From Nitrosopumilus sp. (GTDB lineage Archaea; Thermoproteota; Nitrososphaeria; Nitrososphaerales; Nitrosopumilaceae), in NCBI GenBank assembly GCA_965205675.1, contig OZ242186.1:1760001-1824000 (forward strand): a stretch of 64,000 nt of DNA, in the 5' to 3' direction. Position numbers and translations under genes: made by a program. Shown here piece by piece: positions 19,819 through 30,260 of this stretch. The notes beneath the pieces were generated by a model, which worked only from the letters and a program-made list of their open reading frames with translations, did not search any database and had not been told where the DNA came from. Each line of letters starts with the position of its first letter. Position 1 is the first letter of the stretch.

Positions 19819-21941
19819 AAATAGAGAAATTAAAACTTCCAGCATCTGCAATTGATTTTCTAAAATCTCAAGGTTTTGAAAAATTATATCCCCCACAAGC
19901 TGATAGTGTAAAGTCGGGTTTACTGGATGGAAAAAGTATTCTAGTGTCTGCCCCTACTGCTAGTGGAAAAACTTTGATTGCAATGCTTGCAATGATGAGT
20001 TTTATATCAAAGAATAAAGGCAAGGTGGTTTACCTTAGTCCATTAAGAGCATTAGCTGCTGAAAAATTTACAGAATTTAAAAAATTAGAAAAAGTTGCTT
20101 TAGGAAATAAAGTAAAGGTTGCAATATCTACTGGTGATTTTGAAAATATTGAAAAAAACCTAGAGAAAAACAATGTGTTAATTTTAACAAATGAAAAAAT
20201 GGATTCCATGATTAGACATGGTGCTGAATGGGTTGATGAAATTGGATTGGTAATCTCTGATGAAGTGCATTTGATTGGAGATGAAAGTAGGGGTCCAACA
20301 CTTGAAATGATTTTAACTCAACTCAAACTTTTGGAAACAAAACCTCAGATTGTAGGTCTTAGTGCAACAATTACAAATTCTGATGAGATTGCAGATTGGC
20401 TTGAATGTAAATTGATAAAAAATGACTGGAGACCTGTTCCATTATCTGAAGGTGTATGTGATGAAGGTCAAGTTACAATGAGTGATGGTAAAACTTTTGA
20501 AGTTAAACGTAGTTTGATGGATACACCAATTGATTTAGGCGTACAATCTGTAAACCAAGGAGGTCAATCCCTAGTGTTTGCAGAGACTAGAACTCGCTCA
20601 AAATCCCTTGCAACAAAAGCATCAGATGCAATATTTAAAAAATTAGAAAAAAAAGAAATCGCTGAACTAGAAAAAATATCAAAAAAATTATTATCAGAAA
20701 ATGAACACACTGAACTAGTCAAGACACTAGCATTGTTGGTAAAAAAAGGAGTCGCATTTCATCATGCAGGACTAAATCAAAAATGTCGAGAGACGATAGA
20801 GAAAGAATTTCGTAAGGGTACAATCAAACTATTATCTTCTACCCCAACTTTGGCTGCGGGTGTTAATCTTCCAGCAAGACGAGTTGTAATATCTAATGTT
20901 AATAGGTATAATGCTAAAGTTGGTGCAAACAGACCAATTAGTATTTTAGAATACAAACAGCTTTGTGGAAGAGCAGGAAGACCACAGTACGATGATTATG
21001 GAGAATCAATTATTGTTGGAAATGGCAATACTGAAGATTTAACAGAATACTACATCAACGGCGAACCTGAGGTAATCGAATCCAAAATTACTGATGACAA
21101 GTCTTTGCGAACTCATATTCTAAGTGTTATAGTTACTCATCCTGGAATTAAAAAAGAAGAAATTTTAGAATTCTTTTTACAAACATTAGGTGGATTACAA
21201 TCACGAAAACCCACGATAAAATTTGCAATTGATATATCATTACGTTTTCTTTCAAGTAAATTCTTAATAATTAAAAAAGGTGAAAGATATGCCGCCACAG
21301 AATTTGGCAAGAAAACATCAATGCTGTATATTGATCCATTAACTGCAACATACTTTAGAGATTCAATTGAAAATGTGTCCCAAGAAAGAAAACACACTTT
21401 TGGATTCTTGCATTTAATCACAAATTGTGAAGAATTTTTTCCGAAATTCTCACTGCGACAAAAAGACTATGAAACTGCAAGTTTGATGATAGAGAACAAT
21501 TCATCACAACTTTTGGAATCTATCTCCGAGTATGACTGCTCAAGAAGTCTTTTAGCTCTACAATCTTGGATTACAGAATCTACTGAATTATCTCTCTCTG
21601 ATAGCCTTAAAATTGAATCTGGAGACATGCACAGAATGACTGAGAATGCCAATTGGTTATCATACTGTCTCAGAGAGATATCAAAACATGTAGAGAGGGC
21701 AGACTTGCTTGAAGAATTGAGTGATTTGAGAACTAGAATAGTTTATGGAATCAGAGAAGAACTCTTAGATTTAATTCACGTCAAAGGTATTGGAAGGGTT
21801 AGAGCACGGATTCTCTTCAAACACGGAATCAAGAATCTAGATGATTTGAGGAAGATCCCAGTGTATAAATTAGCAGAAATTGATAAAATTGGCTCAACCA
21901 TTGCAGATAACATAAAGACAGAGTTACGAAGAGTTAGTTAA
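19815..21941 (+). CDS. hel308: Ski2-like helicase Hel308
   Basis: APTASGKT, DEVH, FHHAGL, TLAAGVNLPA, GRAGRP, C-terminal HhH. Confidence 0.93.
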   Translation: MKIEKLKLPASAIDFLKSQGFEKLYPPQADSVKSGLLDGKSILVSAPTASGKTLIAMLAMMSFISKNKGKVVYLSPLRALAAEKFTEFKKLEKVALGNKVKVAISTGDFENIEKNLEKNNVLILTNEKMDSMIRHGAEWVDEIGLVISDEVHLIGDESRGPTLEMILTQLKLLETKPQIVGLSATITNSDEIADWLECKLIKNDWRPVPLSEGVCDEGQVTMSDGKTFEVKRSLMDTPIDLGVQSVNQGGQSLVFAETRTRSKSLATKASDAIFKKLEKKEIAELEKISKKLLSENEHTELVKTLALLVKKGVAFHHAGLNQKCRETIEKEFRKGTIKLLSSTPTLAAGVNLPARRVVISNVNRYNAKVGANRPISILEYKQLCGRAGRPQYDDYGESIIVGNGNTEDLTEYYINGEPEVIESKITDDKSLRTHILSVIVTHPGIKKEEILEFFLQTLGGLQSRKPTIKFAIDISLRFLSSKFLIIKKGERYAATEFGKKTSMLYIDPLTATYFRDSIENVSQERKHTFGFLHLITNCEEFFPKFSLRQKDYETASLMIENNSSQLLESISEYDCSRSLLALQSWITESTELSLSDSLKIESGDMHRMTENANWLSYCLREISKHVERADLLEELSDLRTRIVYGIREELLDLIHVKGIGRVRARILFKHGIKNLDDLRKIPVYKLAEIDKIGSTIADNIKTELRRVS

Positions 21942-22940
21942 TTGATTGATTTACTGATTCCAGCAATAATTTCTTGCATTGTTGCATTTGTAGTTGTTTT
22001 TGCAATGATTCCTCCACTAATTAAAATTTTAGAAAAAAGAAATCTTGCAGTAAAAGATGTGAATAAAAAAGGGAATGTTATGGTGGTGAGACCTGGAGGC
22101 CCTGCAATTGTTGCAGGAATTATTGCATCTGAAATTGTTCTTTATGCATTTTTACAAATGAATGAGATTCTTGCAATACTAATTACTACTTCTGCAGCAT
22201 TTGTAATTGGATATATTGATGATAGAAAAGTAATGGGTGGATGGTTTAAACCTGTTGCCCTTGCAATAGCTGCAATTCCAATTATTGCATTTGGGGCATA
22301 TGATTCAGATCTTACTTTTCCATTGTTTGGCTCAGTACAAATTCCAATTCTCTATTTCATATTAATTATATTCATGATACCAATTACTGGAAACACCATT
22401 AACTCTATTGATGTTTTAAACGGAATTGCAAGTGGATTTATGATAATTGCTAGTTTCTCATTATCTATCTGTTTATTCATAATACAAAATTATGAGATTG
22501 CAATTGTCAGTTTACCTCTTGGTTTTGTTTCACTAGCATTTTACAAGTATCATAAAATCCCAAGTAAGATTTTTCCTGGCGATTCTGGTGCTTTAACATT
22601 AGGTGCAATGTATGGTGCTATTGCAATTGTAGGTAATGTAGAAATTATTGCAGCAATAGCTCTTTTACCTGCAGTAATTAACTCTTTTTTGTTCCTATCA
22701 AGCGTAAAACGAGTCGTAGAACACAGACAAATCAAGAGAAAGCCCGTAGAGCATACTGCTGATTTTAAATTAAAGGCAACTAGTGATAAAAAAGCTCCAG
22801 TTACTTTGATGAGATTAATTCTTGCTGCAGGTCCAATGTCAGAAAAACAAATAGGATTTGCAATTTTCAAGTTAGCAATATTTTCAGGAGTTTTAGCAAT
22901 AATTACTGCATTTATGATGGAGACTCGCTTTGAAATCTAA
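21942..22940 (+). CDS. UDP-GlcNAc:polyprenyl-phosphate GlcNAc-1-P transferase (MraY/AglH-like)
   Basis: GYIDD, NSIDVLNG, IFPGDSG motifs; multi-TM. Confidence 0.88.
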   Translation: MIDLLIPAIISCIVAFVVVFAMIPPLIKILEKRNLAVKDVNKKGNVMVVRPGGPAIVAGIIASEIVLYAFLQMNEILAILITTSAAFVIGYIDDRKVMGGWFKPVALAIAAIPIIAFGAYDSDLTFPLFGSVQIPILYFILIIFMIPITGNTINSIDVLNGIASGFMIIASFSLSICLFIIQNYEIAIVSLPLGFVSLAFYKYHKIPSKIFPGDSGALTLGAMYGAIAIVGNVEIIAAIALLPAVINSFLFLSSVKRVVEHRQIKRKPVEHTADFKLKATSDKKAPVTLMRLILAAGPMSEKQIGFAIFKLAIFSGVLAIITAFMMETRFEI

Positions 22941-23160
22941 TCTTTTTGGATTTTTGTTTGCAATGTGGATTATGATAATTGTTGGAGGTGGAATCATAGT
23001 TATTTTTCTGGGTCCGATTTCTATTTCAGGGTTTGGTGAATTTGATCGGTTTATCGCATCAGTAATTAAAGCAATCATTGCATTAGTTTTAGTTGTAATT
23101 TGGATTTTAATTCTATCAAAATTAAAGAATTGGATTTTTAGAAAAGAAGTTAATTTCTAA
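22930..23160 (+). CDS. Small two-TM protein
   Basis: Overlaps upstream gene; two hydrophobic helices. Confidence 0.65.
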   Translation: MKSNLFGFLFAMWIMIIVGGGIIVIFLGPISISGFGEFDRFIASVIKAIIALVLVVIWILILSKLKNWIFRKEVNF

Positions 23161-23161
23161 G

Positions 23162-23728
23162 TTAAACTTTTCCTATTATTTTACCTACTATTGCCTTGTC
23201 TGCTCTAACGTGGGAATTGGGTGGGATGTTCTTTGTGATCAAACAACCCATATCAATTAAAGAATTCTCTCCAATTTTTACTCCTGGAATTAATCCCACA
23301 TTCTCTCCAATCCTTACACCATTTTCAACAGACGGTGGATATCGAGTGTCATCTGTAGTGTTTGGATAACCAAATTTACCTGCACTTATCTTTGGAGTAT
23401 TTGCAGTATAAAAAAATGGTGCAATAAACACATTGTTTCCTATTTCCATTCCCCATGTAACATGACATTGAGAATGAATTGTTGTCCATGAACCAATCTT
23501 AACATTTCCTTCAGTTGTAGATAATGTTCCAAATATTGTATGATCTCCTATTTTTGTATTTGATTTTAAAACTGCTGATGTACCAATTACACAATCTTCT
23601 CCAATTTCACAATTATCATAAACTATTACACCCGGTTCTAGTTTTGTATTTTTTCCAATTCTTATTTTTGTACTATCATCAAAATATCCTTCATTAAATT
23701 TGCTAGTTTTTTTTAAAATATGTAACAT
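23162..23728 (-). CDS. Hexapeptide-repeat N-acetyltransferase (WbpD-like)
   Basis: [IV]G hexapeptide repeats. Confidence 0.8.
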   Translation of the reverse strand: MLHILKKTSKFNEGYFDDSTKIRIGKNTKLEPGVIVYDNCEIGEDCVIGTSAVLKSNTKIGDHTIFGTLSTTEGNVKIGSWTTIHSQCHVTWGMEIGNNVFIAPFFYTANTPKISAGKFGYPNTTDDTRYPPSVENGVRIGENVGLIPGVKIGENSLIDMGCLITKNIPPNSHVRADKAIVGKIIGKV

Positions 23729-23813
23729 GTTATAACGATATATTTTTGAAATTTCATTAATACTTTGTTGATAAATAATTAGTCAGTTTTTAATCAAATC
23801 TTACAATGGTTAA

Positions 23814-24083
23814 TCAAATATGCCATGGGTTCGCTTTTGTAATAATTTTTTCAGGTAATTGATTTTTATAGTTTTTTAGAAATTCCATTTCTTGTTTCTT
23901 GTTTCGTAGTTCGTCAGGTAACATGATTGGAATTTCTTCGATAATTGGATAGAATCTAGAGCATTTTGGGCAAAAAATTGCACCTTCTGAGACAATATTG
24001 TTCTTTTCCTGTATCTCAAATAATTCTAAAGGGTAATTTTTGTCAATTGGGCATGCCAAAATATCCATCATTGTTTTATTCAT
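23814..24083 (-). CDS. trm112: Trm112-family protein
   Basis: DILACP...CPKC..FYPI...IPIML. Confidence 0.88.
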   Translation of the reverse strand: MNKTMMDILACPIDKNYPLELFEIQEKNNIVSEGAIFCPKCSRFYPIIEEIPIMLPDELRNKKQEMEFLKNYKNQLPEKIITKANPWHI

Positions 24084-25015
24084 TTTAGATCTAGATAGAT
24101 AGGAATTCCTTTTTGACTAGATAAAAGTGCAGCTTCGGCGATTTTTGTCACATTTACTGCTTCTTGAGATTTTACAACTTGTTGATTTTTACCTTCAATT
24201 GCTCCAAGAAAGCTTTGAATCTCTAATAGTAATGGCTCTTGTTTTTTATCTTGAATTTTTTCTGGTACTTCATCTTTTTCTACAATAATTTCCTGACTGA
24301 TAAAATCAGATGAAATGACTGCATCTGTACATATTGCATTGAATTTTCTCACTTTTTTTGGTGTTATCCAATTTGATAAAATAATTGCAACTTTGTCATC
24401 CTTGTATCCTAATATTATACTTGCAAAATCTTCATGTTCGTGTCTTATTTTCCCTGCTCTGGCAAATACTACATGTGGCATTTCATCAAATAACCAATTA
24501 GCAGTATCAATATCATGTACTGATGTATCATAAATAATCCCTACATCTTTGATGTGGATCGGCATTCTATTTTCCCTGTGAAATTCCAAAGTAACTAATT
24601 TACCATATTTTCTCTCTTTAACCATTTTCTTTACTATGCCAACTGCAGGGTTGAATCTTTCAATATATCCACATGTTAAAATCACTTTATTTTTTTCCGC
24701 TAACTTTGCTAGAGTTTCTCCATCTTCTGATTGGTATGTCATTGGTTTTTCTACAAACACATGTTTTTTTGCCTTTAGTAATTTTTTTGCAATTTCAGTA
24801 TGAGTTGATGTAGGAGTTATTACAAATGCTCCATCAAATTCTTCTATAGATAATAATTCATCTAATGACTCATAGTGATTAACAGAATATTTTTTTCCAT
24901 ATTCCTTGCATTTTTTAAAATCAGAGTCGCATACAGCTACTAAAACTCCTAGTTGTGATAAAATCCTTGCATGGTTCTTACCCCATCCACCAATTCCGAT
25001 TTGAACAATTTTCAT
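24080..25015 (-). CDS. Gfo/Idh/MocA oxidoreductase (WbpB-like)
   Basis: GxGxWG, VEKP, ERFNPA, DxxxHDID. Confidence 0.88.
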   Translation of the reverse strand: MKIVQIGIGGWGKNHARILSQLGVLVAVCDSDFKKCKEYGKKYSVNHYESLDELLSIEEFDGAFVITPTSTHTEIAKKLLKAKKHVFVEKPMTYQSEDGETLAKLAEKNKVILTCGYIERFNPAVGIVKKMVKERKYGKLVTLEFHRENRMPIHIKDVGIIYDTSVHDIDTANWLFDEMPHVVFARAGKIRHEHEDFASIILGYKDDKVAIILSNWITPKKVRKFNAICTDAVISSDFISQEIIVEKDEVPEKIQDKKQEPLLLEIQSFLGAIEGKNQQVVKSQEAVNVTKIAEAALLSSQKGIPIYLDLK

Positions 25016-25933
25016 CTAATAAACCTCAGTTAACCAATGAGAGTAATCATCATTTTTGTTCATTACTATTTCTGTATATTCTTGCATCATCTTTTTAGTA
25101 ATGTCTCCTGGTTTTCCGTTTCCTATTTGTTTTGAATCCATCTTTATGATTGGAGTAATTTCAGCTGCTGTACCTGTAAGGAAAATTTCATCAGATATGA
25201 TTAGCTCACTCCTAGTTATTCCTCGTTCAACTACATCTACATCCAAATCTTTTGCAATCTTGATTATGGCATCACGAGTAATTCCTTCTAGTGCCGATGA
25301 TAGAAACGATGGTGTTACTATTTGACCATTTCTTACAATGAAAATATTCTCCCCTGAGGCTTCACTTACATTTCCGTTATGATCAAGTAAAATTGCCTCA
25401 TCAACCCCATTTCGTTTTGCTTCTTGTGTAGCTATGATAGAGTTTAGATAATTTCCACCCATTTTTGCTTGTGGTGGTGTAGACATGTCTGAGAACTTTC
25501 TCCATGATACAACTCCTGCGGTAATTCCATTTTTGTTAAATAAATCTCCAAATGGAAATGTAAAGATTGCAACACTAGTTGGTGCTTTTTCTGTTACATG
25601 TAGATTAATTCCATAATCGCCAACAAAATAAAATGGTCTAATGTAGCATGATTTCTTTATTTTATTTTTTTTACAAATCCCAACGATTGCCTCAGCAATT
25701 TGTTCATCTGAAAAATTCAATGAAATATTATAAAATTGTCCTGATCTTCTAAATCGTTTTATATGTTCATCTAGTCTAAATACATGAAGATTTTCCCCAT
25801 TCCAGTACGCTCTAATCCCCTCAAAGATTGATGTACCATAATGAATTGCATGTGTTGTGATTGGTACTTGTGCCTTTTCTGTAAAAACATATTTTCCATT
25901 AAACCAAACATATTTTGATAATGGAGGCTTCAT
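25016..25933 (-). CDS. ilvE: Branched-chain amino acid aminotransferase (paralogue 1)
   Basis: HYGTSIFEG, AKMGGNY, LEGITR, TGTAAE. Confidence 0.9.
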   Translation of the reverse strand: MKPPLSKYVWFNGKYVFTEKAQVPITTHAIHYGTSIFEGIRAYWNGENLHVFRLDEHIKRFRRSGQFYNISLNFSDEQIAEAIVGICKKNKIKKSCYIRPFYFVGDYGINLHVTEKAPTSVAIFTFPFGDLFNKNGITAGVVSWRKFSDMSTPPQAKMGGNYLNSIIATQEAKRNGVDEAILLDHNGNVSEASGENIFIVRNGQIVTPSFLSSALEGITRDAIIKIAKDLDVDVVERGITRSELIISDEIFLTGTAAEITPIIKMDSKQIGNGKPGDITKKMMQEYTEIVMNKNDDYSHWLTEVY

Positions 25934-25967
25934 AGAAAACTTTTATCCAATGTGTATTAATCTTTAT

Positions 25968-26570
25968 TTATTTTGAATATCCTTCTTTTGGAAATTTCAT
26001 TCCTACAACTCTTGTAGTTTGATCTTCTTCATTTGCAAATTCCTTAATCGTTTCCCATTCATCTTCTATAATTTTGATTATATTTTCTGGTACATCTTCT
26101 TTCCATGAAGATTTTTTCCCATGAACTGAATCATACAATTTCTCTTTGACTGATGTTGCAGAAAGTGATTTTCTCTCACCTATTTTTGGTTTTAATCTGT
26201 ACATCTTTAGCATGTACCCTTCAGCTTTATCTCCTGTATATGAAAAATAATCTCCCTTTACTCCGTCAAGAATTTGTTTTCTCAATCTCCATGACTTTCT
26301 TCTAATTAGTGGTGGCAAGTATTTTTTAAATGGAGCATGAAATGCATAATCATCTGTAATTTGAATCGAATCACCAAAAATTGATTCTAACATTTTCTTT
26401 CTTACTTTAAAATTAAATGGAAAACTTTTACTGTTGATCTCTCTATCTTCATCTTTGAAGACTACAGGCATCACTTTAACAATATCTGCTTGTTTTTTTA
26501 ATTCTGTAATGATCTCTATATGAGCATTCGTTACAGGATTTAGGTGTGCAAGATAAAGCGCTGTAATCAA
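25968..26570 (-). CDS. Cytidylyltransferase-superfamily nucleotidyltransferase (NMNAT-like)
   Basis: NPVTNAH, PF...R, SATSVK motifs. Confidence 0.7.
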   Translation of the reverse strand: MITALYLAHLNPVTNAHIEIITELKKQADIVKVMPVVFKDEDREINSKSFPFNFKVRKKMLESIFGDSIQITDDYAFHAPFKKYLPPLIRRKSWRLRKQILDGVKGDYFSYTGDKAEGYMLKMYRLKPKIGERKSLSATSVKEKLYDSVHGKKSSWKEDVPENIIKIIEDEWETIKEFANEEDQTTRVVGMKFPKEGYSK

Positions 26571-26619
26571 TTACATCACGTTAATAATTCTCATATTTCA
26601 ATGATTGATTTTTTTAATT

Positions 26620-27465
26620 CTATCCATATGATTCGTATTTGACTTCGTAACTTCCATCTTCACGTTTATCATGTTCAGTGATGAAACCTTTAGGATTTAA
26701 AAAATCCATTACACCATCTATGGTTCCTTGCCAGCCACAAACATAGAATATTGTATTTTTTTTAGTTATCTTATCCCCAATTAATTCCTCTAGTGGCGAA
26801 AGTCCGTTATCTCTTGGTCTTAGAAATGTCTCAACTCTTCCAACTTGACCTGCCCATGATCTGTTAAACCATTCTTGTGGTCTACTGATTGCAGCTCGAT
26901 ATTTAAAATTCCATTCCTCCTTGCCTTTTGCCACGCTTTCATCTTCAAGACCTGTTAGCAAATCCTTGTAACTTAACTCATCAACATAACTTGCTCCATG
27001 CAAAACTACAATTTCACGTTTATCTTCAGTATCATGAAGGTGTTGTGCAAAGCTCACAAATGGTGCAAGTCCTGTACCTCCACCAATGCAAACAATTCGT
27101 CGGTTATCTTTCTCACCATTAGGTAATTCGTCATTAATTAGCAAAGCCCGACCTGTAGGTTTTAGCCAAAGAATTTCATCCCCTTCTTTTATATTAAATA
27201 ACTGAGTGGTTAATCTACCTGGAAGTGGTTTTCTAACCCATCTGATAACTAGTTCAATGTAATCTCTATTTTCTGGGTGAGATGCAATTGAATATGCACG
27301 TCTAACAATTTTTCCATTTTCTACTGGATTTGGTAACCCTAATGTAATGAATTGTCCTGCTTTGTATTCTGGAACTGGTCCATCTTTTGGAACTAGTCTA
27401 ATAATTACAAGATCTTCTTTTAGTAATTGAACATAAGTGACCGTTGCTTTGTTATCTACGACCAT
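26620..27465 (-). CDS. Ferredoxin-NADP(+) reductase
   Basis: RAYSIAS, GTGLAPF, YVCG motifs. Confidence 0.9.
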   Translation of the reverse strand: MVVDNKATVTYVQLLKEDLVIIRLVPKDGPVPEYKAGQFITLGLPNPVENGKIVRRAYSIASHPENRDYIELVIRWVRKPLPGRLTTQLFNIKEGDEILWLKPTGRALLINDELPNGEKDNRRIVCIGGGTGLAPFVSFAQHLHDTEDKREIVVLHGASYVDELSYKDLLTGLEDESVAKGKEEWNFKYRAAISRPQEWFNRSWAGQVGRVETFLRPRDNGLSPLEELIGDKITKKNTIFYVCGWQGTIDGVMDFLNPKGFITEHDKREDGSYEVKYESYG

Positions 27466-27590
27466 AACGATTCAATCAACATTTGCAAGGTTAAATATAT
27501 TGTGTTAATATCATAACCTGATTTTTCTATTGACCGCTAAACGTTAATAACCAATTTGGAAAACATATTTCGATCAGAATTCTGATTATT

Positions 27591-27664
27591 GGGCCGGTCG
27601 TCTAGTCCGGTAGGATAGGTGCATGGCATGCATCGGATCGAGGGTTCAAATCCCTTCCGGTCCA
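27591..27664 (+). tRNA. tRNA-Ala(GGC)
   Basis: Cloverleaf, loop ATGGCAT, G3:U70. Confidence 0.95.
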
Positions 27665-27687
27665 CTTATTTTTTTTATAAATATTAA

Positions 27688-27922
27688 CAGTAGATATGAA
27701 AGTGCTACCCAACATATTCTAGAAAACAATCTTGTTTTTCATTTCTGATCATTTGTATGACAAAGAATCTAAAAAAACATTTGAGTATCTCAATTGATAT
27801 GATTTGTTTGCCATCCATAACTGTTTGATTCGTCTTGTATGATACAGTTTGTAACAATCCATGTGTTGTAAAATATCAGTGGAAAATAAAACATCAGTAA
27901 TCTTACAGAATGATTCGGACTT
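27688..27922 (-). mobile_element. ISH3 remnant (C-terminus and end)
   Basis: CAGTAGATATGAAAGT terminus; SVRLLMFYFPLIFYNTW resembles SIRLLYFYYSLILYNAW. Confidence 0.7.
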
Positions 27923-28060
27923 GTATAGCGACGATCAAAAGTTCGTGAACTAAATAATTTCAAAAAACTAGAAATCAGTTGATCTTGCCTATAGGTAAAT
28001 ACGAATAAACAAATTGAAACACCTAAAAAATAACTCACGAACTTATGCTTCTCGCTATAG
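27923..28060. mobile_element. IS630-derived MITE, copy 1
   Basis: Ends match TIRs of IS630 at 55917-56993; near-identical to 57233-57370. Confidence 0.88.
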
Positions 28061-28312
28061 ATCCCAAATACGCTGCAATTGACAGTATTTCAATGCAATA
28101 GATACAGCAAAGCATAGTAATAAAAGAATTGAAAAAATTATAAAAATATATTTTCAAGAAAAAATAATAAATAGTGTTAATTGGTTAGATTGGAAATATA
28201 TAGAATACCATTCGTTCTAATTTTGGATGATTAAAACGGTTTGACATCCAAAATGGATTGCTGATGCCAATTAACAATACAGTTCTTTAAGGATATTCTC
28301 AGGAAAATATTC

Positions 28313-28573
28313 ATGGGTAAAACCATATTCATAAAAGAAATCATCACCATACTCAAAGAACCCAAATTATGTCCCACATGCCAAAAAGAAGACAGACTTG
28401 AAAAAGATGTTATCCGAGAAGAAAGATCCAATGGAAAGACAATACTATGTTTCAGATGTGAAGCATTGATAGTAATTACAAATCATAACCTCAAACAAGT
28501 TGATCTATCTCCAATTAAGGATGACACAATCATGCTAAAAGAACCGCATTTGATCAGAAAAGTAGGTTATTGA
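28313..28573 (+). CDS. Zinc-ribbon hypothetical protein
   Basis: CPTC...CFRC. Confidence 0.7.
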   Translation: MGKTIFIKEIITILKEPKLCPTCQKEDRLEKDVIREERSNGKTILCFRCEALIVITNHNLKQVDLSPIKDDTIMLKEPHLIRKVGY

Positions 28574-28818
28574 TTATCAGGTTTATCAAGTAATTCTTTA
28601 ATCACATAACCTCTAACATTTGCAAATTCCCATTCTCTTAGATTTGCATCCCTACATTCTTCTTTGATTATTAGCCCTGCCAAGCCATTACTCCAGATAT
28701 GACGTTTGATATCATATACTTCAATAATTTTTCCATGTTTAGTGATTTTGATTGCGCCATGACATCTACGAAGTATTTGTAATGCAACTCTCCGATAGAT
28801 TTTTTCAAAATTGGCCAT
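28567..28818 (-). CDS. Hypothetical protein
   Basis: 83-aa ORF convergent with previous gene. Confidence 0.6.
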   Translation of the reverse strand: MANFEKIYRRVALQILRRCHGAIKITKHGKIIEVYDIKRHIWSNGLAGLIIKEECRDANLREWEFANVRGYVIKELLDKPDNQ

Positions 28819-29046
28819 ATGAGAATTATATCATATCATATCAAAAAGGTTCTGATTTCATATACGAAATAACAATATAGCCTAGAAAATAAAAGAAAAA
28901 CGCTAATGATTAACCAACAAACTAAGCTATGACTGATAGATGATGAGTTTGCCGAATTATGAAGCTGGAAATCATAAATTAAAATAGAAATTTAATCTAG
29001 ATTATAAGAAAAGAATTTTCTGGAAATTTTCCAGAATTTGCAATAA

Positions 29047-29919
29047 TCAACTCATCTCAAAACCCTACAATACATCAAAAATGATGCAATGTTAACTAAC
29101 CCAAGATAATTTTCTGCTACTCTTTCATATCTGATTGTCGTTCTTCTAAATCCATTTTTGAGCCAAGCAAAGAATCATTCCACGACATAACGAACCTTGT
29201 TATATTTTTTGTATGATTTATTTTTTGTTGCTCCATCATTATTTTTTCTAAATGGAATACATGGATTGATGTTTCAGTCTCTCAAATAATTTCTAATTGA
29301 TTTTGCATCATAACCTTTGTCTGCATAAACTGAAATAATTTCCCTCACCATCTACAAAATCAGAGATGTTTTCTATTACATCAGCTAATTTTGTGGAATC
29401 ATGGATATTTGCAGAACCCATTGTAATAGATATCGGTAAACCGTTTTGTTCTACTGCAACATGAATTTTTGTGCCTGTAATCTTTTTGAAACCATCTCTT
29501 CTTATATCGTTACCCATTTTTTTGCAGCAGCACTTGAGGAATCAACTGGTACTTTTTTCAGACTAATCTTGTTTGCTTTGTGTGCAGATACAATTACATA
29601 TTTGAGAATCTTTTTCCATATTCCCTTTTGCTGGAAATCCTGAAATCTCCTATGTGCAGATGATTTGGAACCATATTTGACATGTATGTTAATCCACCTG
29701 CAACCTGTAATTAACACAAACATTATTGGATTGATTGTGGTCCTGTCATCGGCTCTAGGTCTGGCTAGTTTTAGCTGGTTTTGACAAATGTAATTGCAAC
29801 ATATTTCATTGCTTGTTAGTTAGTTCTGTAAATTGCATAGAATTGTTCTAAATGACATTGTTCGTAGATCTAAATGATCATCAAAATTTGTCTAAATGGT
29901 TGGTTTTGGGATCAGTTGA
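29047..29919 (-). mobile_element. IS5-family (IS427/IS1031-like) element, degraded
   Basis: TIR TCAACT(C/G)ATC(T/C)CAAAACC; TGCRW, GTKIH, ANIHD, YADKGYD motifs. Confidence 0.85.
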
Positions 29920-30093
29920 GAGTAATCTGGAACATCTGACATGTGTATCGCATCTGATTTTACCTTACTTGAGTTTGTCTGAATGGTAATCCAAAATACA
30001 TTCGGGCATAACTTGTTGTCAGCTTTGGATCTTGTTGTGTGTAAATGTTGAAAATATGATCAAATTTTAGTTAATTACGCAACAACAGGTCTA
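29920..30093 (-). mobile_element. Mosaic of IS fragments (IS5 DDE_4-type left end plus IS903-type piece)
   Basis: AGACCTGTTGTTGCGTAATT...CAAGATCCAAAGCT resembles the end at 39158; YFGLPFRQT fragment. Confidence 0.6.
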
Positions 30094-30260
30094 TTATAGT
30101 AAATTCTCATGTGTGATTCTTTAAGAGAGATTTTGCAAGATGCCACCAACAAACCCATCTCTATCTGTAAATAGATCTTCATAAAATAAAATAAGATTGG
30201 GACTATTTTGTCATTGTTTATTTCTATTGATTTTTAAAAAGCCTTATTTCCATACTGTTC

